A stretch of 63,754 bases of DNA, filler included, from Intoshia linei (Eukaryota > Animalia > Orthonectida): NCBI GenBank assembly GCA_001642005.1. It is 7 parts of 7 records of this genome, joined end to end, with 100 filler letters (N's around TTAATTAATTAA, not from the genome) between each part and the next. Parts side by side here need not be neighbours in the genome. Positions count along the whole stretch, not along the records: positions 45,800 to 57,528 come from LWCA01001149.1; positions 57,629 to 62,205 come from LWCA01001912.1; positions 62,306 to 63,754 come from LWCA01002643.1; 4 more parts are not named here. One strand, written 5' to 3'. The number at the start of each line of letters is the position of its first letter. The first letter of the stretch is position 1. The notes under the pieces were generated by a model. The model was not told where the DNA came from. It worked only from the letters and a program-made list of their open reading frames with translations, and did not search any database. Both the position numbers and the translations under genes were made by a program. This document shows positions 50,332 to 63,754 of this stretch, one piece after another.

Positions 50332-53300
50332 TTACATGCTATTTAATAGATCAAGTTCTTGATTTGGTAAACGCACTCGTATTCCTTTATTGTCCATTAT
50401 AGTGATTATAGACTCCATTTCATTTGGAAATTGAGCAATGTAATCCATATATATATCCTTGAAAATATAATTATAATAAAACAATAATTATTTTTATTTT
50501 CAAAATACAAACTAATCATGGAATGGAAACCCGATTCCTTCCTAAAATACTTCCTGAATACGATTAAATAAGTACCCACAAATTGTTTATTTTAAATATT
50601 GTTTTGGTGAAGTTACCCTATCGTTTAATCATATCCATCACCAGATACATAAATTAGGTTTTAGTTAACCCCTATTAATACTTCCTGAACCTCAATGTGA
50701 GTAAATTAAATTTGAATATATACCTTGTTCCAAGGACAGTTATTTATAGCTCTTTTAAATACATTATTAAGTTTTTCAAAATTCTAAAAAATATGATTCA
50801 TACAAAAATATAAATTAATTTTACTATTTTATTCACAAATATATACAATCAAACCCTTGCTAATTATTATTAACCAAAATTACTTATTAGGATACTGAAA
50901 GCTTTAAGATCTGTTCATTATCTTTATGCCTAATGATTGAGGGGTTTGACTTTATATTATTTTTTTGTTTTATAAAATTACTTCTGATTTGTTTGAATTA
51001 ACCTAAAAAAATATTAAATACAATCAGTACATTCTAGTTTCTAAATATAGAAAATATTAAATTTGAGTCAGGGATTAGATAAGCTCATTTAAAGCGTTCG
51101 AAGTAGTTTACTCGAATTAATAACAATTCCCGGAAACAGTTAAAATTTTGAAATATACCAAATGATTTATGTAGCTTCTCCAAATTAATGGACAATGCTG
51201 ATTTTTTGATTCTTTTACACAAGATTCGAACCAATTTTCAATTCTGTTATTTGAATTGATTCGGTTCATGTCTTTGTCTAAAAAAAGTAATAAAATGTTA
51301 CATTTAAAATTGAATTACTTAATTTATCAATTTGTTCTTTTTTATTTTTAATAATTTTACTAAAACGTTTCAATTCTTTGATAACATACGACATATAAGT
51401 GAGAACAGATGCATCCACTTTAGAAATACACTTGTGATAATTTGCTCTCAGTTGATGAGCAAGGCCATTTTGAATGTCGAAATCAATATATTTTTGAGTA
51501 ATATAATCTGAATCAACTACCGTGTCCATAGCAATCTGTGTCATTACTCTGAGATCGCGATGATTACAATCAATATTCTTGGCAGCTTCATTAGCCATTT
51601 CCAAAGACATTTCATACATGGCTTTGAGAGCATTGGGGTTAGTTATTACCTCTTCTTTAGTTTTTAAAAAATCTAACATGGTGATAATTTCTCGAATAAT
51701 GGATTTACTGTTTTCTTTTTCAATAAATTTGATGAGATAGTAAAATCTTAAATTTGTAATATAAGAGGATTCAATACAATCTTCAAACTTACCATAATTG
51801 GGTACTTTAAATTTACTCCAATCTTGATGGTCAATGATTTTCTTTAGTTTATTGAAACTTTTTACCTGATCTGTAATCGTAACGTTTTTAGATCTAAAAC
51901 CATCGTTAATGTAACTAAAGAGTTGACTACTCCAATAATCGATTTTTTTTGACCAACCCAAATTCAAGCTGAATTTTATACTAGTACAAAAAGCAAAACT
52001 ACGAACATTATAAAAAACATCATTATTACTGGGTAAGTGCTGAAAACTTGATTTTAAAATATTTTGAATAAGACTAGTAGCTTCTCTACCGTATTTCATG
52101 AGATAGTTGGCATAAAAAATCATTGAAATTTGAATATCCACATCAATTTCATGAATTAAATAATTCACATAACTTTTAAAAGCACCCAGATTGTTTTTAT
52201 TTACTTTGTTAATTTCATTTTCTTTGCCCTTTAAAGCTTTACCAATGCGCTGGTTGCCATAATTTCTTCTTTTAGGGTTAAGTATTGGTAGGGGTTTATT
52301 TTGATAGTATGCAAATTTTATCAATAATGTCAACATTTTATTAAAGTCCAAAGTAGAGAGTACAGGCTTTAAACTCATCATTATGTTTCTGAAAAAGTTT
52401 GCTATAGTATACTTTTCCGTCAAACTTTTAAATCCCAACAAATGAGCGTCTTCAATGTCATATTGGTAAGCATTGAAAAGATAATTATTTGAATAGTCAT
52501 CACGCTTAATTGGAAAAATATCATAAATTTCAAAACATGATGCCAATAGGTACATTTTTAAATCAGAATCTTTAATAGCGAATGTACTAACATCGAAAAT
52601 GAATGGTATTACATGCTTAGAGGACACTGTACGATCTTCATCGGCGCAATCCGTGTCCTTATTAATTGACATCCAATGCATTTTTTCACGATAATATTCA
52701 ATATTTAAAAACTGTTTATTTTTGTCAATGTTGTATTGTTTTATAATGTCATTTTCATTTTCTGTATTCTTGGATTCCATCATAAAATAAGTTTCTAAAT
52801 CACTACTGTAGGTACAGCCAGGTGAAACAAGAAAATCACTCCATGGCGTATACGCCTGCATTCCGATTTTACAGGTTAAACTATCAATGTACAAGGTAAA
52901 TAATTGTATTCTTTCATCATATGCAACAGATTTTAATTTATAGGGCATTAGAAAATTAAATTCTATAATGTATTGTATTAAGGAGGTTACTCTTTCCCAA
53001 TGACCAGCCATCTTCAAAAATTTTAAAAGGCGAACAAATACATCTACGACGCCTTTATTTGTACCATCTAAACATTGATGTGATCTTATGGTGCCGTCGC
53101 ACAACCCTCTCAGATTTCGAAGTGCCTTTTTATAAGTGTCAATAACATTATCAAAAGTAGAAAAATCTGCTTGTTCAACAACATCAATAAATTTATGCCA
53201 CAAAGGCACGTTATTACAATATCTATTGCACAGTTTTTCAAATTGAAACATTACTTCTTTTGGGTCTTCAAAAGTTGATCGGTTTAATTCTAGTTCAAGC

Positions 53301-56300
53301 AATTTCAATTCACACACATCTCTAGATGTACAATTTTTTAATGCCATGTTTATTATTTCTTGTAATTTTTTATTTGCGGCTTGGGCAGTGACAGTATTCA
53401 TGTTTTTAAGGTATTTTTTGGCAAAATTATATAAAACACACCAATTTCTAACATTATCAGTGTTTTTCATGGCTCTATTTGTAAATTCCGCAACTTTTAA
53501 ATCGTATTCACTTATGTTATGTTTGTATTGAATAGGATCAGGTTTAGTATACGTGTTACCTGTGGGGTTAATGAAAAATGTCAAAAAATTATTTTTTGTC
53601 TCTAAAACATTAAATGGAGACAGTGGTAATACCAATTCATTATTGTAGGCACTATCGATCCTGTGAAAGTATCTTTTTAATGGGTATTTTTTTGTTAAAT
53701 GAACTTTGTAATCTCGACAACTCAAAACGTTAAATGTAAAATGGTATACTTGGTAGTCTTTTTGTTTATTCATTATCATACTATTATATGACTGTTTTGT
53801 ACGGTCAATCTGAAATTTTGATGATAAATAGGCATGCTGTTCTTTAATGCGGGCCACAATTTTAGTGTCTATTGGTTGTTGAAATACTTTCCTATAAATA
53901 TTAAAAATTATGATATACTACATTATAATATAGATATATGAGACTTTTAAATATGTAAATAAATTGCAAATCCTGTATTTGAAAAAATATGTGGAATTCA
54001 AAAAAATTGAGAACCTTGAACTATACGATTTTACTTTCAATACAATAATTATAACCAATGTGATAAAAAATAAGTTCATACAGGTGTATTTTCCTTACTG
54101 CATAAGTTTTCCGTCATGGCTAGATTTTTCAATATATAAATCACACGAACATCAAAAAAAATAAATTATAAATGCACCAAATATATCACATTTCACCGAA
54201 AATAAATAAAAATTTTCGCGGACCCGGTGATCCCTCAATAAAATCAATCTTTTTTTGAGACACAAATATTTTGAAGACATCACAAGTTTTGACAATTCTT
54301 CTTAGCACAAATTAAAATTGATTTTTTAGTGACGGTTAGTAACAAAACTTACTCAATTTGTTACAATTTGTTTATTTAAAAAAATATTCACCATAATCTG
54401 AACTAAAAAAACAATTATCATTAAAATACTTTCATAATTATACTTTATTTTTTTATTTTGATACACTACCCTGAAGAACCGAAAGAGGCTAGCAAGACTA
54501 AATGTTGTCATTACACGGTTAACTCAAACTTATCAATATTAAACAAAAAATATGAACCCTGCATTGAGTTAAATTCATGTGACCCTGTAATATATTAAAA
54601 ATACTTACACTTTATTTACTGTATATTCAAAGGTAGCATCCTCCAAATAATTGTGATTTTCAAATTCATCTAAAAATAGACTTTTAAACTTTGTTGTTTT
54701 AAAAATTATTTTAACTTTCAAAAAAAATAATATATTCAAATAAGTGTTTCCCAAGTTAGCAATCTATACTCCCCCGATTTAACTTTATAGTGGCCGATGA
54801 ATAAACGTTAAAAAAATAAATTTCAAATGATTTTTTGAATGTTATTTCTATTTTGTAAGTGGATTTGTCCATTGTTTTTATATATACTAAGTACATTTTT
54901 GCTTAACATGGACTTATAATAAAACAATTAATATAATTTCAATTAGAACCCTAAACGGTCCGACAATTTCCAATTCATACCTGCCCGAATCGGTCAAAAT
55001 TTTTGATTAACCGCGGTCTGAACTAATTTCAAAACGATCCATCAATCAGTTGATAGTTACAAATATGCTGAAAAACAATTAATTTTTTTTTTTTCAATTT
55101 AAGCGCATATAAACTTTTAAAAATGAAATTAGTTATTTTTATTATGTTGTCACTAAGTAAGTGCTTTGCTCGGTGGTTTTAAGTTCATTTTTGAATTATT
55201 TTTTTCAGATTGTGTAGTATTTAACGCTCTCTTTATCGTACATGGGTGGACTTTTTTATTTTCGAAATAAAGTATTAAAATTTACATCCTAATGGCCACA
55301 TTACTGTCTAATAAAGTTGTTCCCGATTTAAATAGAGTACGGACCCCATTTCAAAATATTGGAAAAAAAGGATTTTTTATTTTGGGTTTTGAATTAGGAA
55401 GCTGTTGCTCATAAGATTTGGTAAAATCGAATTATTCAACAAAATATGGAAAAAGAGGATATTCCCTTAAATATTTAAAGAATTAGATTTTTGTTTTGGG
55501 TTGGAATAAGAGGTTTTTCTCATAAGATTTGATAAAATCGTGTTTTTCAAAAAAAATTGGAAAAAGGGGATTTTAATATTTTAGAATTTGATTAAGTGGA
55601 TTTTTCTGATACCGTTTGGTAAAATCGGTTGTTTTAAAAAAATATTTGTAAAAGTCGATTTTTCTGTTAGGGTATGAAATGCTATTATTTACTAAATTTT
55701 ATTTTATAACATATTTATTGTATAATAATTTTATAATGGTGGATAAAAATGGGATTTTTGAAATAATAAAGTAGCGGTCGTCTAGGCTTTGGGATAGTTC
55801 CCAACATCTTGCAACTCTGTAATAAATATTAAAAATTCCATAAATATTAACAAAACTTGATAAATTTTGATATTTTATTTGGTCCTCAGGCATATAGTTT
55901 TAAACCCAAGTGGTATGGACCCAATCCAGAACCACTGGTCTAATCTAATATAAATGAGACAATGAATAATAACTTTCGGTAAACTTAAATTCACACGAGT
56001 ACAATTGAAATAAAATTGTACAATTGTATAACTCACAGACAAAAAATGTACCAAATTAGCTTTAACAAATAAATGTCTCAATGTTAAACTAAATTTTAAT
56101 CTAAAACTCACGTAAAATTAAGCAACATTAATGTTGAGTGATTTTAAATCAAAAATATCTTTGTCCACAATGTGGACTCCAAATTCAAAAGTACTTGTAC
56201 ATTAATTTACTAAATAAAGTAAATTAAAATGATATCTACCATTTTTGGGTTTAAGTTAAACCGTTAAACTTTAACGATATATTCTCCAAAATAAATAATT

Positions 56301-56357
56301 TTCTAAATAGTAACTGTCATAATTAAATTAACCTTCTGCATCGTATGCTATAAACAT
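50332..56357 (-). CDS. NRDE2: NRDE-2 (nuclear RNAi / exosome-associated HAT-repeat protein)
   Basis: ~2.6-kb central exon (51278-53892) with PLWHKFID, FLKMAGHWERVTSLIQYIIEFNF, DEDRTV; last exons RAINNCPWNK|DIYMD..MDNKGIRVRLPNQEL; putative start MFIAYDAE (5' exons less certain). Confidence 0.87.
55314..55937. mobile_element. hAT-type MITE containing degenerate 29-bp tandem repeats, in NRDE2 intron
   Basis: Ends AAGTTGTTCCC / AGAACCACTG; TSD GTCTAATA/GTCTAATC (7 of 8 match); internal ..ttggtaaaatcg.. units at 55360-55680. Confidence 0.7.
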
Positions 56358-56799
56358 GATTTATCAAAATTTATTGTGAAAAATGTCAATACTTTAATAT
56401 TTTCACTTTTGATACTTCTTAGAAATAATTCAAAAATAACTAAAATTTATTTTTGTACTAATCATGAATCATGATTCATTTATGCTGCTTAAATTATGCA
56501 TTGTAATGTGTAACCAATACTACACTACATTAATAAGTTATACTATAACGTATTGTCGATCTTAAATCGTTTTATTGTTACAATAAAAACTCTTTACCAA
56601 TCTTTTGTCATCATCATTACATTGGGGTGAATAGAATTAAAATATGTGTCACAGGGGGTGAATATTCAAAAAAATTTAAGAATCACTGCTCTAAAACCTT
56701 AGTTTGTCTTATTATTTTAAAACGTAAATTAATATTTTTGATAATTTTATCTTTTCTGGAATTTATGCTATCTATGACAATTTTTAAGATTGGACTGAT

Positions 56800-57121
56800 T
56801 TTACTTTATTTTTAATATTATACACACATTCTGTCTAATGAATTAAAAAAATGGGATAACAATTGTTTTTAAAATTATTTACGCAAATGTTAACAAACAA
56901 AAAATTAAGATGGAATAATTCTTTTTAAAGTAAAAAGTAATGTGATATGATGGTTCCACATGAAACAAATTTGGGAACCACTCCTTTAAAAGATTGATAA
57001 TAATAAATAGTAGGATTTTCAAGTTAGATTTTCAACATGAATTTATTTTTTTGGTATAATAAAAATGTGCCCTCACCAGAGCTAGGTCCTGTTTGTACGT
57101 AGTACATAACAGTCAACCTAA
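56800..57121 (+). mobile_element. Helitron-like 3' portion
   Basis: Near-identical to ~15750-16064, including the hairpin CTGTTTGTACGTAGTACATAACAG. Confidence 0.8.
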
Positions 57122-57628
57122 TTATATTATATTATATGTTGTGTAATACACAATTTTATTAGGCCTGTTAAAAAAAATCCATAGTCACACCATATACTTC
57201 AAAGTGATTAATAACGTATGTACCTATTAAAAATGATCAATTTTTTAAAAATGTTGCCCTAAATCAATTTATATCTTTAAAAATATATATAAAATGTAAG
57301 GTTTATTCTTAAATATTTCATCGGTAACTAACGTAACAATTCTATTTACATTCATTTATTTATTTTATTTATTTGTTTATAAAAGTTTTATAATAATGAA
57401 TAAGTTAAGTGATTTATCTTGATTGGCAACTGAAATTAATACATTAGAAAAATATGCATTTCTATTTCACACTATAAGTCCGTTAATGATCGAATTGATT
57501 TGATTTCTGATGAATTGATATTTTTATGNNNNNNNNNNNNNNNNNNNNNNNNNNNNNNNNNNNNNNNNNNNNTTAATTAATTAANNNNNNNNNNNNNNNN
57601 NNNNNNNNNNNNNNNNNNNNNNNNNNNN

Positions 57629-58330
57629 GAGCCACAATTTCTCGTTTATGCATTGGTGGTGAATAACAATGACCAACCACTGGCTTACATTCGTCCTTAA
57701 TATCAATGTCGTGAATATAATTTTTACAACGACCCTGTTTATTTGAGAAAACGTATTTAAATTGTTTTATTGTTTCTTCAAAAGATTTACTCAAATATGC
57801 CATGTTTAGATCAATTTTACTGTTTAATTGTGGATCACAAGGATCAAAACTAATCGTTAATTTGTCTTTAATAAAATTAATAGACTGGCTCGATAAGCTA
57901 TTACGTAAACTTGTAGGATTTTGCAATATATCAATGTTATGATTGACAAAGATATTTATGCTTAAGATTGGTTTTGAAACATTCGAGACAACAAAATTAT
58001 GGATAAAAGAGTTATTTAAAGATTTTACAAAGATTTTGGTTTTTAGTGTTCTTTTATTTATTATTGGATTACCATTAACGTCTGTAAATTTCTTATAGGA
58101 TGGTTTATTCGCTTTAAACACACTAGGTAAAAAGGAGGAAACAGCTCCTGTATCAATAAGACATTTAAAATTCCGTTTATCAATAGTACAGTCTATATAA
58201 AATAATGAAGTCGCATAATTAAAACTATTTATTACTTCATAACAATATTCAAATATGTGTCCTTATTTACCACATTTGGAACATGAGGGAATCAAGTGCT
58301 TCAAGTTACAGTTAGCGCCATTGCATTTTT
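57629..58330 (-). mobile_element. Gypsy gag-pol remnant (zinc knuckle, aspartic protease, RT linker), cut by gap
   Basis: CSKCGK*GHIFEYC knuckle; FKCLIDTGAVSSFLP protease motif; FSNKQGRCKNYIHDIDIK..KPV. Confidence 0.82.
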
Positions 58331-59136
58331 CTTGTAAATAATTATCAAATTTTGCCGATTCCGATTCATAAAAAATAATAATTCCAGCAATTTCGATTCC
58401 TTGGAATCGTCACATCACTAGTTATTATTCTTATAATGTGATACTATTTTAAAAATGACTCACCTACTTGTAAAAACTGTCATTGAAATATATAATCAAA
58501 ACTTGTTACAAATTTGTAATGAATTTTGAGTCGTATGTTTTCTTATTGGCTATTTTAAATACCCTCTGTGCCAATTCATTTACTAAAAGGTTTACAAGAA
58601 GCCTGAATTTTGAAGCACTAAGGCATTATATATTAATATAATCAATCAAATATACACTGACTACACATCCGTAAAGGTTAACTATACTCAACTGAATCAA
58701 GAGTAATCATATTCTGCCTAATCAAATCATACCACACCGTGTTGTAATGAATCATTACTTGATATCATGATAAATCGATTAAAGTTCCTAGTTGACTCAG
58801 GATGATTCGTAAACTGTATAAACATTAAACATACATACAAAATAAAATGAAACATCCAACATCTCTCTCAAAGGTGTAAACGGTAGCCATCTTCATTGCT
58901 ACCGGTTGTGAAAAGGAAAGTTTGCGAATACACATTTGTCCATGTTAATTGATTTGAGCAACATAGTTTAATTCTGTCAATTTTATTTGAATAATAATAG
59001 GTCAACTTTACCACCAATTATTTTCAGATGGTAAAGGTTTACCTATATTGATAAATAATTTTTTTCATTTTATATTATTTAATTTATATTTACTGCTGAC
59101 AAAAAAGCTGCTAACACTTCCAATTAGAGGTGTAAA

Positions 59137-59580
59137 TTATGGGCACAACACAACACAATACTCAAGCTCAAAAAATTTTTTCAGATTTAAAAATAAAATA
59201 TCCTCTAAGAAGTTTCTTGCCATTTTTGTTCTCTTGCAACTATCTATAGTTTTTAAAATATTGAAGGAACGTTCTACAGATACCTGGAAGCAGGGAATTA
59301 TCAATATAATTATAGCAATCTGAAATAACATAGGCATTGATTCTTTAAAAATATTCCACTGTTTTATTGGATTGATTGCATAATCAATTTCTATATTAAG
59401 AGAAATATAATTATTAATTTTTGTTATTAAACTGGACTTTTTATCCGCATCCTTTGTTTTATTATGAAATGCTTTATGAAGTTCTGAAAGATCAATGGAT
59501 TTGTTCTCTTTATTATTAACGGAATTTTTTGCACAATGCTCAACACAAAACTCATTGAGTTTTGTGCCACCTCTACTTCC
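59137..59580 (-). mobile_element. hAT transposase C-terminal dimerisation domain remnant
   Basis: NPIKQWN..MPMLFQIAIIILIIPCFQVSVERSFNILK..KRTKM..LEDILFL. Confidence 0.8.
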
Positions 59581-61544
59581 AATGCAAAATCACTTTTAAT
59601 TTTAAAGTATTTTCGTATAGGAATAACAGTATTTAAAGATTAGTGTTTTGATAAACCTCTATGTAACATAATATTACCTTTATAACAAATCGTAATCAGT
59701 AAAATTTATAATAAAATGCACGTGTAACCTAAAAACAAATAATAAATTAAATAATAAATAAGCATTATAATAAATGCCAACTTCAAAAAAGTGCATTTTC
59801 ACGACCAAAAACCTAACTTTTAAATATTCTAATCAACCTTTAATTTTAAAATTTTTATACTACCTATAATAATACATGTTTGGTACTTGATAGCATGTAC
59901 CTTTACATTTTTAGATTTAATCGTTTTAAGTTAACGCTTTTAATTGCCACATTTTAAAATAACAATTATAATTTAAATGTGTAAAATGCAATTATTATCT
60001 ATTTATTAAATAATAAAATAAACTAATTAACCTAAAAATTTTTTAATTAGTCAATTAATATGGATAATTTTGGTATCACCATGTTTGAAATTTGAAACTA
60101 ATTAACATATTAAAAATTAAATTTATTAACTTTTGCTTGCCCTAATTATAATATTTAGGCTCATCAAAATAAACATTGAGGAAATTTTGCAATATAAATA
60201 TTTACAAGATGGTATTCAATTTTTTTTGTATTATTTTAACAACATTCATTTATTTTGCATTTCTAAATTGGTTCTCTTCTAAAAAATACTTCAATATACT
60301 GATTAAGATTGTTTTATATCATATAACATATAAACCTCTTTACATTTTTACATTTACATTACATTTTTTATATAATTATTGATCATTTATATTAAAATAA
60401 AACATTAACGAATAAAAATTAAATGTATAATCATTCTATTTTGTAACATTAGTTAGTTCTGCAGTTTTTAGATTAAAAGAGGATATTTTTCATATGAATT
60501 TTGAATTGTTTATAAATAGTTGTATTCAAAATTAAATTCGATAAAAATAACCAACACCATTTTTTAATTTTCACTGATTTCAAGTACAGTACTCCCCACA
60601 ACTCGCCAATTATGTATTTCATCATGTGATTATTACTGTTATATAGAAATAATAGTAGCCCTCCATAAACTGATGTTGTCGCTAAGGCTGAAAATATAAC
60701 TTTCCGACAAAATTTTGCAAATTCAGGGTAGCATTCAACACATTGAGATTAATGGAAAAAATCAATGTTATTTCAACATTCTAAATAAGTATTTAAATTT
60801 AATTAAAATAAAATATTCTATTTATTAATGACAATATTCTTAAGCATAACCAGACTAAGCGACCATCTATAATTTAAATCAGTGGCCACCAAACTGCGGC
60901 CCGCGAATTACAAATCTATTACAAAATACACCGATGATATTTTAAAAATTTTCATATACTAAGTCATATACTACGTACAAACAACACCTAGCTCCGTGCT
61001 TCATTAATAGTATAGATGTATATCGTTTTGGAACAGATCCCTGGTCGCAAAGAATCAACAATCGTTGTTACTGCCTTCATTGACTTCTACTCCTACCAAG
61101 AATTCCGATGATTCTGGCTTGATCATTGGTGGTTACTTTTGCCTTATCGTATTTTTTTCGTCAACTATTACGTTATTGTCAAACTTTTATCCAACTTTAT
61201 TTATTATATTATCTGGTTCAATTTTTCCAATTATTTATTATTATTTTTACAATTATATATGTAGTTAGTGATGAATCTTTCATATTTGTCGTATCTACTT
61301 TCGATACTTTGTATATATTGTTATTAGTATCGTAGAAAAATTTTTATTGCGGAATCGGGACTGTGGCGCAAATTTTCAATTTCTTTACTTTTTACACCGG
61401 TTTACAATAATTTTTCCTATTAGTTTATCGTTGTTGGTATCGAAACTATACTGTTTACTAAATATATGTTCTTTTGAGCACGCCGTTTTTACTAGGGTGT
61501 GTTAAAGTCGTCATCAACTGTTGTGTAATATGTCAAACTATTAG

Positions 61545-61801
61545 ATTTGATTTAATTAATCTGGCCGAAAGGGGAAAATTGGATGCAGTTCTAATTAGGA
61601 GTCTACTGTCAGAAGGACTTCGCTTCACTGGGCATCCTATTTGATTGGAAATTTTGTTAGATAGAGACACTCTAAGAGGTGTTTGAATAATTTTTCTACT
61701 TCTTTCTATTTTAATGGTAATTTCTAACTGACTGTACCCTTCTTTTAAAAGAATATCAATTTCCCCTTTTATTTGTCGGTTAATCGTTTTCTTTTGGGCA
61801 T
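61545..61801 (-). mobile_element. Tc3-like transposase N-terminal HTH remnant
   Basis: MPKRKRLTDK*KGEIDILLKEGYSQLEI..IERSRKIIQ..SDSRLLIRTASNFPLSARLIKSNL. Confidence 0.72.
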
Positions 61802-62635
61802 ACTGAAAATATTTTGTTCACTAGACTTAAATAATAAATATAATTTTGCTTGTTAAAACTACAGTTCCTGGTATGATCGGTTCTATTTTAGGCAAGCTAT
61901 AATAGTACGGCACCTTTCGGACCGTCCAAATCTAATAAAGATTTGTTTGTACGTCTACTACGATTTATCTTTCTTGGTGTTATTATTGTTCCTAATATCT
62001 TTTCGTTTTTCAATACAATCATAATAATAATAATAATAATTGTAATACAGATAAAACTGTGGTATATTGTTGGTGTTGACCATTATATTCTTATTTGAAT
62101 TATTTAAATCAAAACAAGTCCAATATTGACAATTTTTACTGATGTTTTCATGTTTCATTTCAGGGTAAATTTCAATTAAATAATCAAAAATATCTCTAAC
62201 CATACNNNNNNNNNNNNNNNNNNNNNNNNNNNNNNNNNNNNNNNNNNNNTTAATTAATTAANNNNNNNNNNNNNNNNNNNNNNNNNNNNNNNNNNNNNNN
62301 NNNNNAATAAAGTTACAATAAAAACGACATTACTTATGAAACGACCTAATAATAACAATTATAATTGTGTGAATCAAAGCAAAATATTATACTGTTAAAA
62401 TTGCGAAGATGCTCAATTTTAGTTGTTAAATAATTGTCTATGTCAGCATATTTATTATCAATCCTTACTATTTTTTTGTAATCCCACTGCTGATATCAAC
62501 ATCATTGAATGATATGGATTGATGACTATTTTTTATAATTCATCTATTAATTATAATTATAAATAGCTTGATTTACAGTATTACAGCATTAAATATTGAT
62601 AAACCTGTAGGGTCAGTTTTTAAGAATATAGTAAA

Positions 62636-63754
62636 CTAGCTTGGCTGGTTTGTACTTTGTACAAACAGCACCTAGCTCTGCCGAAAGCGGACATTTTAAT
62701 TTTAACATTAAAAATTAAATTTATTATGGTTCAAATCACTTTTACGAATTAAAATAATACTACCAAAAATGTATTACCGTACATCATATAACTGTTATTT
62801 ATTTTTTTCCAGGTGATGATAATAATTAACTTAACTATTTAAAAACATGTCAAATAATATTTATATCGAAATGCTAAATAAAAAAATCATTAAAATCCAT
62901 TATTGAACAAAAAATGTATAACTATTTTATTTATTAAACTTCTTTTGAAGCATTTCATTTCTAAATTAATGTATTATAGGAGTTGAGTGTTGTAAATTTT
63001 TTAACACTCACATTCATGAACTGAAATATACACTTCAAATTGACGCTAATTACTTAAATGAATTTTCTTATACATTATTTCAGATTAGTGTGGAAATTAT
63101 GACATCATAAAAATAAATTTAAAAAAAAAAATGTTTGAGTGTTAATAAATTTTTTACTAAAATTTAACCATTTTTACTAAAAATGAAAATTTACCAATCC
63201 TAAAAGGAAAAATTTCAGTTTAAATATATCTTAATATTTCAGAGTTAACTTGGGTCTGTAGTGGATGATATAACTCAAAAACAAAAACTTTATTTTTCCA
63301 TTAAAAGTTGGTAAAATTGGGTTTTCACATAAGGGTTGGTAAAATTGGGATTTTGCCTTAGGGGTTTGTAAAAGTGGATTGGATAAAATTTGAAATTTAA
63401 AAATTGCGTAGCAATGAAAAATTATTCCGAAGGAATGAATTATATAGATTTTCACCCATATGTCTTTACTGGAAATGTGTAGACGTACAATCCACATTTT
63501 TTTTGAAATTGTAGGATCAATATTTACATTTTCAATTTTTGATTTTGATCGAAATATTTTAAAAATATTGGTTGATAATATATTAAAAATTATTTTTCAC
63601 CGGGAATGCGTAGATTTCTGGAGTTGAAATTTTGTATTTATATCAACTGGAATAAGCTCTATCAGAATAATCTTTTTTTTAATTTTCGGACTGAAACTTT
63701 CGGAAAAAACTGTAATTGAAATGTGGTCTTTAAAAAATTCTAAGAGTGCTAGTT
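62636..63754 (-). mobile_element. Helitron-like element running off the window end, with 29-bp repeat cargo
   Basis: Minus-strand end hairpin plus CTAG|T at 62636; family body at 63490-63754; repeat block at 63225-63390. Treating this as one element is inferred. Confidence 0.6.

Noticed and set aside
60470-60780. Possible coding exon on the minus strand (..ECYPEFAKFCRKVIFSALATTSVYGGLL..)
   Set aside because: No consistent start or splice acceptor in frame and no recognisable family; cannot be supported
61020-61540. Possible LINE remnant (DDDFNTP resembles the endonuclease GDFNTP motif)
   Set aside because: Single short motif in heavily stop-interrupted sequence; insufficient evidence

Overview
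Very AT-rich eukaryotic (animal) scaffold, not prokaryotic. Genes are compact and split by many ~30-45 nt GT-AG introns, so the ORF track misses or fragments most of them. This architecture resembles a reduced parasite genome such as an orthonectid (inference only). Manual splicing gives MRPS5, a RING-CH/MARCH-type ligase, a tektin, RP2, DNAJC5/CSP, cytoplasmic dynein light intermediate chain, a SPRY-domain gene, CMC4, a group-I PAK kinase, a centriolin-like LRR gene, C1QBP and NRDE2. There are also two orphan membrane-protein ORFs (one nested antisense in the dynein LIC intron), one isolated PSMC1 exon, a tRNA-Gln(CTG) and a degenerate tRNA-Cys. Intergenic DNA and long introns are packed with TE debris: Tigger/pogo, Tc1 (DD35E) split by a solo LTR, Tc3, piggyBac, hAT, Gypsy and hAT MITEs with 8-bp TSDs. 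An abundant modular non-autonomous Helitron-like family (A|TC...hairpin-CTAG|T) carries swapped cargo. Six 100-nt assembly gaps carry an artificial TTAATTAATTAA spacer. The most notable observations are a PAK apparently lacking the CRIB motif but keeping its autoinhibitory helix, the nested antisense gene, the orphan PSMC1 exon, the modular Helitrons, and a tRNA-Gln with Pro-like acceptor and T arms. All gene models and family calls come from manual translation and recalled motifs; no searches were run.
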